Under the pieces are notes generated by a model. It searched no databases and was not told the DNA's origin. It was given only the letters and a program-made list of their open reading frames with translations. 64,000 nt of DNA from assembly GCA_964016885.1 (NCBI GenBank), contig OZ024742.1, positions 123,752,001 to 123,816,000 on the forward strand. Direction: 5' to 3'. The position numbers were made by a program, and so were the translations under genes. This DNA is from Eledone cirrhosa. Its lineage: Eukaryota. Shown here piece by piece: positions 1 through 11,463 of this stretch (the first letter of the stretch is position 1; every line of letters begins with the position of its first letter).

Positions 1-397
1 TGTGTGCGTCTACAGACATTTATATACATATGCATAATACACATACACACGCAAATATATATATATATATTATATATATAAATTAATAAAAACAATGAAT
101 AAAAACAAAGAAACTGTTCCTTATATTAAAAAATTCATAATAATATATGGGAATGTCCACACACACACACACACACACAACAACGCAACACACACACACT
201 ATCATGAGTTTTTTAATATAAGGAACTGTTTCTTTGTTTTTATTCATTGTTTTTATTCATTTATCTTGAATCTGTTCTCCTTGATTTTCATCGAAAACAT
301 GTTTGAATATATCTTCTCTTTTCATGATATTTGGATTACATTGAGTTCTTCATACGGATTGGACACTACCGTTTATTTTGGTAGATTTATCTATCTA

Positions 398-457
<60 letters not shown>

Positions 458-525
458 TACATATACAGACATACATGTGCGCGTGTACAGACATTTATAT
501 ACATATGCATAATACACATAAACAC

Positions 526-580
<55 letters not shown>

Positions 581-693
581 GGAGGTGAGTTTTATTGTAG
601 TACAATAAAGCAATGCAGATATCGGATAATAAGATATGTTGATTTAAAACTGCACCATCCACAAGTGTTTTTAACCTACATATCATGTCTTCC

Positions 694-764
694 TATTTTA
701 TCTGATGAGAACACAAATGTTATTGCATGATGATATTTGTTTTTGAAATGCGCATAATAAAATA
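694..764 (+). ncRNA. Type I hammerhead ribozyme motif
   Basis: tattttat-CTGATGA-[~16-bp stem II]-GAAA-TGCGCA-TA-ataaaata: 8-bp stem I, palindromic helix III ATGCGCAT, predicted cut after 756. Lies in the TA-flanked element 579-795. Confidence 0.85.
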
Positions 765-792
765 CATGGAACTCTTTTAACCATCTTTTGAT

Positions 793-848
<56 letters not shown>

Positions 849-916
849 TACATATACATACATGCATGTGCGTGTGTACAGACATTTATATACATATGCA
901 TAATACACATACACAC

Positions 917-954
<38 letters not shown>

Positions 955-3082
955 GTGTGTATGTGTATTATGCATATGTATGTGGGTGTATGTGTATTAT
1001 GTATATGTATATAAATGTCTGTACACACACACATCCCATCAGGAGAGCGTTATGCATTAGTTATGTTTCAGAAGCTAATGTTTAGTAATATCTTTGTCGT
1101 TAAGTATAGCCTCCCCTTAAACAGTGATATATACTTTATATCTCAAGTTCAAGTACTAAGCACCTGTTCATATTTTTCCATTCAATGTCGATGAAAAAAA
1201 GTAACAGTTTAGTACTTCGTCTATATCTAGTTCTCCCATTCCATCAATCTCTACCCTTCTGTGGTAGCAATCTTCTCTTTTCAGACCTGGGGAGGAGACG
1301 GAGTCTCCAAGCTTGAAATAGTTCTCTAGAATCACCATATGTTAATACGGCGCACCTGTGACTCCATGAGGAATTATGGCAGCATACATATGTAAAGACT
1401 ATCCCTACATCAACCTGGTAGCAAGAAGTAACCGAATATCTCCACAGAGAACTATTTTTCGATGAGATACAACATAGTTTCCGCAATTATGTATAATACA
1501 ATCCACAGGAAAGATTGTTCTGGTGGTTATACCAAAAACATAGCAGTACAATAATGTAGCCGTTACTTTAAAAATAAGGAATGATAGTGTAACAATTCGG
1601 TATAAACAACAATCCAATGTAAAGATTCAGCTGCTAGTCTTCTCTGCGTCCAGTGACAAACATCATGCGCTGTTGCAAAATCAGTTGCACTGCAAATATG
1701 AAGTTATCCTCTACATTGAAGGAAAATGATAACATTTATAATGAGCCCCTGTAAGGGTGTCGGCGTTCGTATGAATACTCTCTCTCTATATATATATATA
1801 TGTATTACTATACATGGATTAGTAGAGGTAGGTGGTGGTCTTTTCCTGAAACAAAAAATACAACCGACTACTATTCTGCAAATTCAATCTATTACTCATA
1901 CTGTGAAGATTTTTCATTTGAATCTCCTTGAATGAAGATACGCATGTATGTGCCTAATGAATCACACACACGCACACTCACGTGCACACAATCACACACA
2001 CACACACACAACACTTTGTAGAGAAATAATATAATCCCATAACATAGCAGCACTTCTCCACATAAAATGATATACACGAAAACATTATCTCACATATCAA
2101 TATTTCTTTCATTCAAACAAAGTCTTGTCAATTTGTTAACGAGTCTTTTGAATTCTACAGAGAAGAACGTAAAATCCTAGATACGTATGCACTTACATGC
2201 ATAAATACACACGTGCAAACGTACTTACATACAGGCAGAGATACATGCGTTCATACAAACTAACATACATGTGTAGCCAAGTTATGTAGAAACCCATACA
2301 CATGTGCAATTTTGAACGTTTTTAAGATGTGGCATTATATTCAGTGCAATGTTATATTTGATTTTTTTATATTCGTCAGCAAAAGTGAATATCTATCCCA
2401 AATTTATGTTTCAGTGGTTATCAGAATCATCCATTTTTAAATGCATTTCACGCCATTTGTAATTCTGGGATTCAATTTATCTTTAAAATGAACTGAATGA
2501 AAGAAATAGCACAGCAATTTGATAGATGACGCAGATATTGACTTCTCAACAATTTTATTGTTTCACCCGATTGTAATCCATTTTATTTCTCAGGGTATTG
2601 CATGGTTGTCTCAGTGCGTTGGCTCAATTATGTGCTACAAAACATCTCTGACAATTCACTGGAAAATATAATGAGGAAAACTATATCGTGCGTAAATCTT
2701 ACACCTTCGAAACAATAAGAGTTGTGAATCTTCACTGCAAAATTGTATCGTTCATTTTGGTTATATATATTCTGTTTGTGTGTGCATATGTGTGTGTGTA
2801 CACACACATATATATATATATATATATAGGGAGAGAGAGAGAGAGAGAGAGAGAGATTGCATGATTATTTATATGACACATGAAATAGAACTATAAGTAA
2901 AAGAGCAGATTGTGCGAATATGTAGAACACTGCAATTTAAGCTGAACAACATTTCGTTCTAATTCTCAAATTAGGAATCGTCTGTTAATGCAGTAAAAGA
3001 TGAAAAAGTAATCTCATTTCATGAATAGCTATATCCCTATCTAGATAAGAACACGTTGCTAAATTTATTTTTATGTGTATGA

Positions 3083-3113
<31 letters not shown>

Positions 3114-3125
3114 GGAACCAGTAAG

Positions 3126-3219
3126 ACCCCGACAGCTGAGCTCAAGCCGTTTCGACGGCTAATTCTGGACTAAATGAAAATTTATCCTGGTATTTAAATA
3201 GCCGATCTTCTCAAGGGGT
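3126..3219 (-). ncRNA. Type I hammerhead, U3-A8 variant (mirror copy)
   Basis: Reverse complement of 7489-7582. Confidence 0.8.
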
Positions 3220-4341
3220 AATTCCATATATGGTCAAAGTGATTGTCAAAAATCAGTAGTAATTCTGTGGTTGCAAATTAGTAGGGGAGATGGTGGCTAA
3301 ACCTGCCAGTAGGAGAAAGAGGGGAGGGGGTGGAGTAGACCCAATCAAGCGTTGGTAGTGCCAGCTACAGCTGGGCATGAGGTCAAAGAAGATACAGGGG
3401 AGGGGGAGGGGGAGGAAGTCGGAACGGTAGGTAGAACAATGGGGGGTAGAAATAGGAAAGAAAAAAAAAAAAAAAAAAAAAAAAAATACTGAGAGTGAAG
3501 AAAGGCAAATAAGTGTAAAGAAAAGTAAAGTAAATTAAATTCTACGACCTAGGTGTCAGGCTATTGTTAGGCGAGAATAAAATAAAGAAAGAAAGAAAGA
3601 AGTAAAAAAATAAATAAATGAATAAATAAGGAAATAAGTAAGAGAACTAGGTGGGACGGATAAGGCAAGGACCCTTTTAAGAGGTATAAGTACGTAAATG
3701 ATACGGTGACGGGTCAACAAAAGGGGCCAAAATACTAAAGAGACTACCACGAAATAAACAATAAAGGTTTCCATCCCGGGCCAGCAACGACCCAGTGCAG
3801 CAAAGTGAACTTGTACGAGATAATAATTCTGAGTCCCGAGAAAAATATATACTAATGCTAACTCTAAAAGATCTAAAACAAGCTACATGAAAGTTCGTAC
3901 GAAATAAAGGTAGAATACGGAGAAATAAATTCAGAATCCACCCCGCCCAGAAGAAGAGCGAAGCAAGAAATACTGAAACGGAAAAATAAGGCATGTGCCA
4001 CTAAGAAATATAGAGGGCACAGAGAATAGTGGGAGCGGTCGGAAAAAGGGGGAAAGTATCCGGGGTCTAAGCCAGCTGCTATAAAGGGTGGAGTCCGCCA
4101 AATCTATCAAAGACTAGGGGAGGGGGGTGGGGGTACTAAGGCTACATGGGGCCAAAGGGCAGCCTCGGGTGGGCGAGAAAAGACGCCGACAAAGGAGAAG
4201 AGCTGGGGTAGAAGGACAAAGGGGAGAGGGGGGAAGGAAATAAAGGAAGCGATAAAAGAATACAAAGAAGATCTTACGTCTTCCTTGGCAAGCAGGGGTT
4301 ACCTATTGCAAAATCGGCAACTGGGGTGTTATAGCCCTAGT

Positions 4342-5466
4342 CTACCCCCCCGGGTCATTATGGGGTTTGAGGGCGAGGTAAGTCCTACGCAATCTATGTT
4401 TACATGCAGTAACCAGTTCATCTTTCTTGTTTAGGAGTTGGTCCGTCGAAAACAGCATTTGTAAAGTTTCCTCCGAGCATAAATTGCACGGGCGGCGTCC
4501 TCCCGTGTAAGAATTGGCTCTGGACAGTAATCTCCAAGTGAGATCATAGGTGATGTTGTTGTCCTTGAGGTCCCATATGTGGCCCGAAAGTGTAGTGGCG
4601 TGACGCCGGGCCGGGTTTCGGAAGGTATGTCTATGTTGGTATAGCCGGGTCTTGAAGTCACAAGCGGTAAGTCCTATATAGGCTTTGTTGGAGGTATCCG
4701 TCCTCACGTTGCACTGGTAGATCACATTACGGTCTCTGCATCTATTGTCGAGTGGGCAAATAGATCTATCCGGGCAGTTACACCTCCTGGTCGGTTCTCC
4801 ACTGCTAATTAGGTTACTTCTGCCATCGGGGTTGAGTTTTTTGTTGTTAGAGGAGACGATGTTTTGTGCGAAGTTTGGTGTAGTGCTGTAAGAGAGTTTG
4901 ATGGTATTTTTGTTAATTATGTTGTGGTAGCGGTGTTGTAATGGGAAGTGTTTTTCAATGAGCCTAAAGAATAGTTTCCCGATGGGAGTAGTCACCTCTG
5001 CGTTGTGGGGAGGATTGAACCATGTTACATTGCGTGAGCGGCGGTGTCTCCTGCTGGTTCCGCTAATGGGAGCTGGACAGTAGGATATTTCCTCCCGGAA
5101 ACCACTCCGCTTGAGGGCCTGGTTGTAATAAGGCGCATGTTCATCGAATATCCGCTCATTAGCTGACAAACGGGATATGCGGAGGGAGATGTTTTTGACC
5201 AGGTTGTTTGTGATGTTCCTAGGATGGTTTGATCGGCGGTGGATGTAGTGCAGATTGTCATTAGGTTTCCTGTATGGGTAGTACAGGTCGTTTTCGAGGT
5301 CGAGGGTTACGTCCAGGAAGTTTACTCGGGTCAGGGACGTTTGTAGGGTTATTTTAAATCCCCAGTCGCGGAAGAATCTGATTAATTGTTTCCGGACCCG
5401 ATCTGTACTACTGGGGTTGTACCCTTTAAGGGTAAGGAGCCCAATGACAATCTGCACCACATCCAC
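4342..5466 (-). CDS. PLE family A partial ORF: RT C-terminus/thumb (FLDVTLDL, YRKP), Cys-rich linker (CNCPDRSICPLDNRC) and GIY-YIG endonuclease (VIY..YIGLT..FKTRLYQH)
   Basis: ORF translation. It is 5'-truncated, lacks the catalytic RT core, and its first residues come from the opposite arm. Confidence 0.85.
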   Translation of the reverse strand: MDVVQIVIGLLTLKGYNPSSTDRVRKQLIRFFRDWGFKITLQTSLTRVNFLDVTLDLENDLYYPYRKPNDNLHYIHRRSNHPRNITNNLVKNISLRISRLSANERIFDEHAPYYNQALKRSGFREEISYCPAPISGTSRRHRRSRNVTWFNPPHNAEVTTPIGKLFFRLIEKHFPLQHRYHNIINKNTIKLSYSTTPNFAQNIVSSNNKKLNPDGRSNLISSGEPTRRCNCPDRSICPLDNRCRDRNVIYQCNVRTDTSNKAYIGLTACDFKTRLYQHRHTFRNPARRHATTLSGHIWDLKDNNITYDLTWRLLSRANSYTGGRRPCNLCSEETLQMLFSTDQLLNKKDELVTACKHRLRRTYLALKPHNDPGG

Positions 5467-6363
5467 CGCCGATCAAACCATCCTAGGAACATCACAAACA
5501 ACCTGGTCAAAAACATCTCCCTCCGCATATCCCGTTTGTCAGCTAATGAGCGGATATTCGATGAACATGCGCCTTATTACAACCAGGCCCTCAAGCGGAG
5601 TGGTTTCCGGGAGGAAATATCCTACTGTCCAGCTCCCATTAGCGGAACCAGCAGGAGACACCGCCGCTCACGCAATGTAACATGGTTCAATCCTCCCCAC
5701 AACGCAGAGGTGACTACTCCCATCGGGAAACTATTCTTTAGGCTCATTGAAAAACACTTCCCATTACAACACCGCTACCACAACATAATTAACAAAAATA
5801 CCATCAAACTCTCTTACAGCACTACACCAAACTTCGCACAAAACATCGTCTCCTCTAACAACAAAAAACTCAACCCCGATGGCAGAAGTAACCTAATTAG
5901 CAGTGGAGAACCGACCAGGAGGTGTAACTGCCCGGATAGATCTATTTGCCCACTCGACAATAGATGCAGAGACCGTAATGTGATCTACCAGTGCAACGTG
6001 AGGACGGATACCTCCAACAAAGCCTATATAGGACTTACCGCATGTGACTTCAAGACCCGGCTATACCAACATAGACATACCTTCCGAAACCCGGCCCGGC
6101 GTCACGCCACTACACTTTCGGGCCACATATGGGACCTCAAGGACAACAACATCACCTATGATCTCACTTGGAGATTACTGTCCAGAGCCAATTCTTACAC
6201 GGGAGGACGCCGCCCGTGCAATTTATGCTCGGAGGAAACTTTACAAATGCTGTTTTCGACGGACCAACTCCTAAACAAGAAAGATGAACTGGTTACTGCA
6301 TGTAAACATAGATTGCGTAGGACTTACCTCGCCCTCAAACCACATAATGACCCGGGGGGGTAG
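5386..6363 (+). CDS. PLE family A partial ORF (mirror copy): RT thumb + GIY-YIG endonuclease
   Basis: Essentially the same protein as 4342..5466 from PNDNLH onward; the N-terminus is a junction artefact. Confidence 0.85.
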   Translation: MFPDPICTTGVVPFKGKEPNDNLHHIHRRSNHPRNITNNLVKNISLRISRLSANERIFDEHAPYYNQALKRSGFREEISYCPAPISGTSRRHRRSRNVTWFNPPHNAEVTTPIGKLFFRLIEKHFPLQHRYHNIINKNTIKLSYSTTPNFAQNIVSSNNKKLNPDGRSNLISSGEPTRRCNCPDRSICPLDNRCRDRNVIYQCNVRTDTSNKAYIGLTACDFKTRLYQHRHTFRNPARRHATTLSGHIWDLKDNNITYDLTWRLLSRANSYTGGRRPCNLCSEETLQMLFSTDQLLNKKDELVTACKHRLRRTYLALKPHNDPGG

Positions 6364-7215
6364 ACTAGGGCTATAACACCCCAGTTGCCGATTTTGCAAT
6401 AGGTAACCCCTGCTTGCCAAGGAAGACGTAAGATCTTCTTTGTATTCTTTTATCGCTTCCTTTATTTCCTTCCCCCCTCTCCCCTTTGTCCTTCTACCCC
6501 AGCTCTTCTCCTTTGTCGGCGTCTTTTCTCGCCCACCCGAGGCTGCCCTTTGGCCCCATGTAGCCTTAGTACCCCCACCCCCCTCCCCTAGTCTTTGATA
6601 GATTTGGCGGACTCCACCCTTTATAGCAGCTGGCTTAGACCCCGGATACTTTCCCCCTTTTTCCGACCGCTCCCACTATTCTCTGTGCCCTCTATATTTC
6701 TTAGTGGCACATGCCTTATTTTTCCGTTTCAGTATTTCTCGCTTCGCTCTTCTTCTGGGCGGGGTGGATTCTGAATTTATTTCTCCGTATTCTACCTTTA
6801 TTTCGTACGAACTTTCATGTAGCTTGTTTTAGATCTTTTAGAGTTAGCATTAGTATATATTTTTCTCGGGACTCAGAATTATTATCTCGTACAAGTTCAC
6901 TTTGCTGCACTGGGTCGTTGCTGGCCCGGGATGGAAACCTTTATTGTTTATTTCGTGGTAGTCTCTTTAGTATTTTGGCCCCTTTTGTTGACCCGTCACC
7001 GTATCATTTACGTACTTATACCTCTTAAAAGGGTCCTTGCCTTATCCGTCCCACCTAGTTCTCTTACTTATTTCCTTATTTATTCATTTATTTATTTTTT
7101 TACTTCTTTCTTTCTTTCTTTATTTTATTCTCGCCTAACAATAGCCTGACACCTAGGTCGTAGAATTTAATTTACTTTACTTTTCTTTACACTTATTTGC
7201 CTTTCTTCACTCTCA

Positions 7216-7248
<33 letters not shown>

Positions 7249-7488
7249 CTTTCCTATTTCTACCCCCCATTGTTCTACCTACCGTTCCGACTTCCTCCCC
7301 CTCCCCTCCCCTGTATCTTCTTTGACCTCATGCCCAGCTGTAGCTGGCACTACCAACGCTTGATTGGGTCTACTCCACCCCCTCCCCTCTTTCTCCTACT
7401 GGCAGGTTTAGCCACCATCTCCCCTACTAATTTGCAACCACAGAATTACTACTGATTTTTGACAATCACTTTGACCATATATGGAATT

Positions 7489-7582
7489 ACCCCTTGAGAA
7501 GATCGGCTATTTAAATACCAGGATAAATTTTCATTTAGTCCAGAATTAGCCGTCGAAACGGCTTGAGCTCAGCTGTCGGGGT
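7489..7582 (+). ncRNA. Type I hammerhead, U3-A8 core variant (PLE family A)
   Basis: acccc-TTGAGAA-gatcggcta..tagccgtc-GAAA-CGGC-ttgagctca-GCTGTC-ggggt; predicted GUC cut after 7577. Confidence 0.8.
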
Positions 7583-7673
7583 CTTACTGGTTCCTATTAC
7601 CCACTCTACTACCTCAAGTATTGAGTACTTTGGTGCGTTATGGTCCACCTGGTTCCTTACCACATTTCCTTCG

Positions 7674-7710
<37 letters not shown>

Positions 7711-8740
7711 CCGACCCCACGCATACGAACACACACCTTCACACACACACACACACACACCTACATACACCACCCACTCCAAACACCTAACCACCACTAA
7801 CCCCCACTTACACACCCGCATCAGCCTTTCCCCACCACCAGTATACTAACACCCACTATCACCGCCTTTACCACACACACACACCAGTACACTTCACTCC
7901 CTCCCCCGTCCCCAACACGTTGTCCCCCCCTCTCCCTCTCCCCGCTCCACGCACACCCCTTCACACACACATCCCACTAACACCTCCACTAATACAAACC
8001 CCATCCCCGCATGACCACCTCCCCTCTCTACCTTTCACACCTACCCATCCTCTCCTCCCCCGCACCTGCTCACACACAGACACACAGTCCACACCACCCA
8101 CTGACCACTTCCTGTTGCGCGCGCACCCCACTTCTCTCCACTTCCGACCACCACAAACTATGGATTTCACACCACCGGTCATCGTTCCAGCTATCCACTC
8201 CGTAACAGAAAAATATCCAGCAGCTCATCGCACACTCCACAGAACTACCTTAGCGGCTTACCCACGGACATACACTCACACATTTTTTTCGAACCACGCC
8301 AACACATCCATACCACGTATAAACACCAACACACACTGCGTACCCCCACATATACACACTCAGCCTCCGGAATCTACACGCCGCCCGCAACCCCACCCCA
8401 CCCCTACCCACTAACCCCTCCCCATCCACAAGCACGCACACATCTTTTCCTGAACATGGAAACTCGTTCTTCCCTCAACTCTCACATTCAAATACACACG
8501 CACACACACGCACATGTACACCAACACACATACACAAACACCACCTTCAGCCCTCTCCGCTCGGCCCCACTACTCCACCCGCCACCACCCTATACACCTC
8601 ACACCCTTCCACCACTTGTTTATCTTCATGTTTATTTTTATTTTTATTTGTACCTATTCCACAGTTCACCCCCTCCTTTTGTTTAAATGTCTCTCCACCG
8701 CTCCTCCACACACCCTCGTAAATCTCTTCCTACCCACTTT

Positions 8741-8775
8741 TCTCCTGATGAAGGGCTTATGCCCGAAACGTCATT
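8741..8775 (+). ncRNA. Minimal hammerhead-like core near the end of the C-rich element 7708-8860
   Basis: CTGATGA-a gggc ttat gccc-GAAA-cgtc; I see no convincing stem I. Confidence 0.45.
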
Positions 8776-8921
8776 CACCCCCCCCCTATTCTCAAGAGCG
8801 TGAACCTAATAAACTTTTCTTTGTACTGCCTATGTTTCTGTTCCCATCCAAGTGTTCACTATATATGTATATATATATATACATATATGTATATATATAT
8901 ATATATCTATATATATATACA

Positions 8922-8994
<73 letters not shown>

Positions 8995-8996
<2 letters not shown>

Positions 8997-10346
8997 GAAA
9001 AACAAGGGGAAGAAGAATACTGCATGGTTGCACATGCATTACATATTATAACATTAGTCCCTCATCAGTGATTTTGCCAACCATCATTGGTATTTCATCG
9101 CATTAAAAATCAGATACCTCAGGTTGGTGCGAGCAATAACTAAAATACGCTATTGGGACAATTGAAACGCGTAAAGCGAGTGAGACAAGTAAACAACAGA
9201 AGGGAAAGCAAACTGAAGGTTGGAAAACAGCAAGCCACATGGTAGTTATCCGATCAGCATAAGGTGGGTGAATTTCATGAGCGATCAGAGAAGCAGACCG
9301 TACGCTCTGAGTGCAGTGTGAGAAAGAAGGAACCCAACTAGTAGCGAACGGGAGGAAGTGAGAATGGGAGAAACAGAGTGTGAGTGAGTGGAAGTGCGAG
9401 GAAGAGGTCACTCGAGAGAAAAAGTGTAACTGACAGAGAGGGTGAAAGAAGGTAAGAGAAACAGAGAGAACGGGGGAACAGAAAGAGAGAAAGAGATAAT
9501 CGCAGTTTAGGTAAATATATATGAAAAACAAGGGGAAGAAGAATACTGCATGGTTGCACATGGATTACATATTATAAAATTAGTCCCTCATCAGTGATTT
9601 TGCCAACCATCATTGGTATTTCATCGCACTAAAATCAGATACCTCAGGTTGGTGCGAGCAATAACAAAAAAAAAGCTATTGGGACAAGTGAAACGCGTAA
9701 AGCGAGTGTGACAAGTAAACAACAGAAGGGAAAGAAAATCGAAGGTTGGAAAACAGCAAGCCACATGGTAGTTATCCGATCAGCATAAGCTGGGTGAATT
9801 TCATGAGCGGTCAGAGAAGCAGACCGTACGCTGTGAGTGCGGTGTGAGAAAGAAGGAACCCCACGAACGGGGGGAGGTGAGAAGGGGAGAAACAGAGAGT
9901 GAGTGAGTGGATGTGCGAGGAAGAGGTCACTCGAGAGAAAAAGTGTAACTGACAGAGAGGGTGAAAGGAGGTAAGAGAAACAGAGAGAACGGGGAACAGT
10001 AAGAGAGAAAGAGAGAAAGAGATAATCGCAGTTTAGGTAAATATATATGAAAAACAAGAGGAAGGAGAATACTGCATGGTTGCACATGGATTATATATTA
10101 TAAAATTAGTCCCTCATCAGTGATTTTGCTCGCATTAAAAATCAGATACCTTAGGTTGGTGCGAGCAATAACTAAAATAAGCTATTGGGAGAAGTGAAAC
10201 GCGTAAAGCGAGTGAGACAAGTAAACACCAGAAGGGAAAGCAAACCGAAGGCTGGAAAACAGCAAGCCACATGGTAGTTATCCGATCAGCATAACCTGGG
10301 TGAATTTCATGAGCGGTCAGAGAAGTAGACCGTACGCTGTGAGTGC

Positions 10347-10348
<2 letters not shown>
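8995..10348. repeat. Tandem array of a 526-bp unit (~2.6 copies) between (TA)n tracts
   Basis: Unit starts (tgaaaaacaag) at 8996, 9522 and 10048; units are joined by short atatatat. Confidence 0.9.
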
Positions 10349-10380
<32 letters not shown>

Positions 10381-10387
<7 letters not shown>

Positions 10388-10516
10388 TCTGAAGACAGAA
10401 TAGATATGTGTAGGTATGTATATTCCATCTGATAGTTGGTAAAATCTTTACATAGATCTATATGATATACATACCAACACACACATACATATCCTAGAAA
10501 CGATCGTAAAATGATG
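10381..10516 (+). ncRNA. Type I hammerhead with ~100-nt stem II insert
   Basis: tattattt-CTGAAGA-[101 nt, ggtatgtata/tatacatacc pairing]-GAAA-CGATCG-TA-aaatgatg; palindrome ACGATCGT. Confidence 0.75.
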
Positions 10517-10842
10517 AATTTTTAATATAAGGAACTGTTTCTTTGTTTTTATTCTTTGTTTTTATTCATTGTTTGTATTAATTTATATATATTAAATATA
10601 TATGAATTTATATATATTAATATATATATATTTCGTTTCTGAATTTGTTTAGCAAGATTCTTTATCTGAAATCGTGTGTTGAAACCGATATTGTTATGCT
10701 TTGGTAGGGTCATATTGCCAATAAGAAACACACGCACCAGTTGTTTCACTCCAATTTATTATAAATTAAATTTATAAATTTAAGAATTTATAAATTTCCG
10801 GTTGTTTGGTTGGTTCCACAACGGGACGGTTGTTCATATATT

Positions 10843-10885
10843 GGCAAAGTTCTTTCGTCACACATTATCTGACCTCTTCAGTGAC
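10843..10885 (-). ncRNA. Minimal hammerhead, same family as 35137
   Basis: Reverse complement: gtca-CTGAAGA-ggtcagataatgtgtgac-GAAA-gaactt-tgcc. Confidence 0.58.
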
Positions 10886-11463
10886 TGGATAATCTTTTCT
10901 TTGTTTTTGTGCCTCTCTTTTGTTCTGTCATACGCCATCTTGTTTTTGTGTGTCTTGTGTGCTTAGTTTGCGCATGTGTTACATCCGGGTGTCTGTGTGT
11001 GTTCATATTTGTTTATTTAATTGTTTATTTACATATTACTGGTTGGTTGTTTGTTCTATGTGTGTGTGTGTGTTTTCATTTTGTCCTTAATTGTAAGTTG
11101 TAATGTTGCTATTGCATTCATGTTTACTATTTAATTTTGGTTGGAGTTCATTTATGTTTATTGTCTCTGTGATTTGTCGAAACATTGCGTCTTTTCTGTC
11201 TGCAGATTCTATTTTGATATCTATGTTCTCTAATTTACCCTTATGTTCTATTTTATCATGTTGGTGGAGTACAGATGATTCTTTTCTATCTTGAAGGTCT
11301 CGCCAGTGTTCTTTTATCCTTTACCCTATAATACGAGCTGTCTCACCTATGTACACTATATTCTTATATTTACATTGTCCTTCAGTACATATTATGCTAT
11401 ATACTACATTTCTAGTTTTACAGTTAATATGGGGGCTTAGTTTACAGATTATACATTTCTTAT

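Larger units (their letters stand above)
3113..7675. mobile_element. Penelope-like retroelement family A; two 5'-truncated copies head-to-head forming a ~2.15-kb inverted repeat, inserted in (TA)n
   Basis: Arms ~3111-5262 and 5443-7597 are near-identical reverse complements, with mirrored ORFs in the track. Both encode the RT C-terminus and GIY-YIG domain. A unique tail occupies 7598-7675, and (TA)n lies on both sides. Confidence 0.92.

Noticed and set aside
2581-2700. Possible additional host exon after ttttatttctcag
   Set aside because: No frame resembles carbonic anhydrase or any protein I recognise.
3113-7675. Interpretation as a TIR DNA transposon or pure assembly fold-back
   Set aside because: It encodes RT/GIY-YIG rather than a transposase. 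The arms differ by a few substitutions, and the same asymmetric ends recur in older, diverged insertions. Read support is still advisable.
7708-8700. Pro/His/Thr-rich ORFs
   Set aside because: Low-complexity C/A-rich sequence typical of retroelement UTRs; no domain recognised.
9040-9110. Type II hammerhead permutation in the 526-bp repeat (GAAA upstream of CTGATGA on the minus strand)
   Set aside because: Stems I and II could not be formed.
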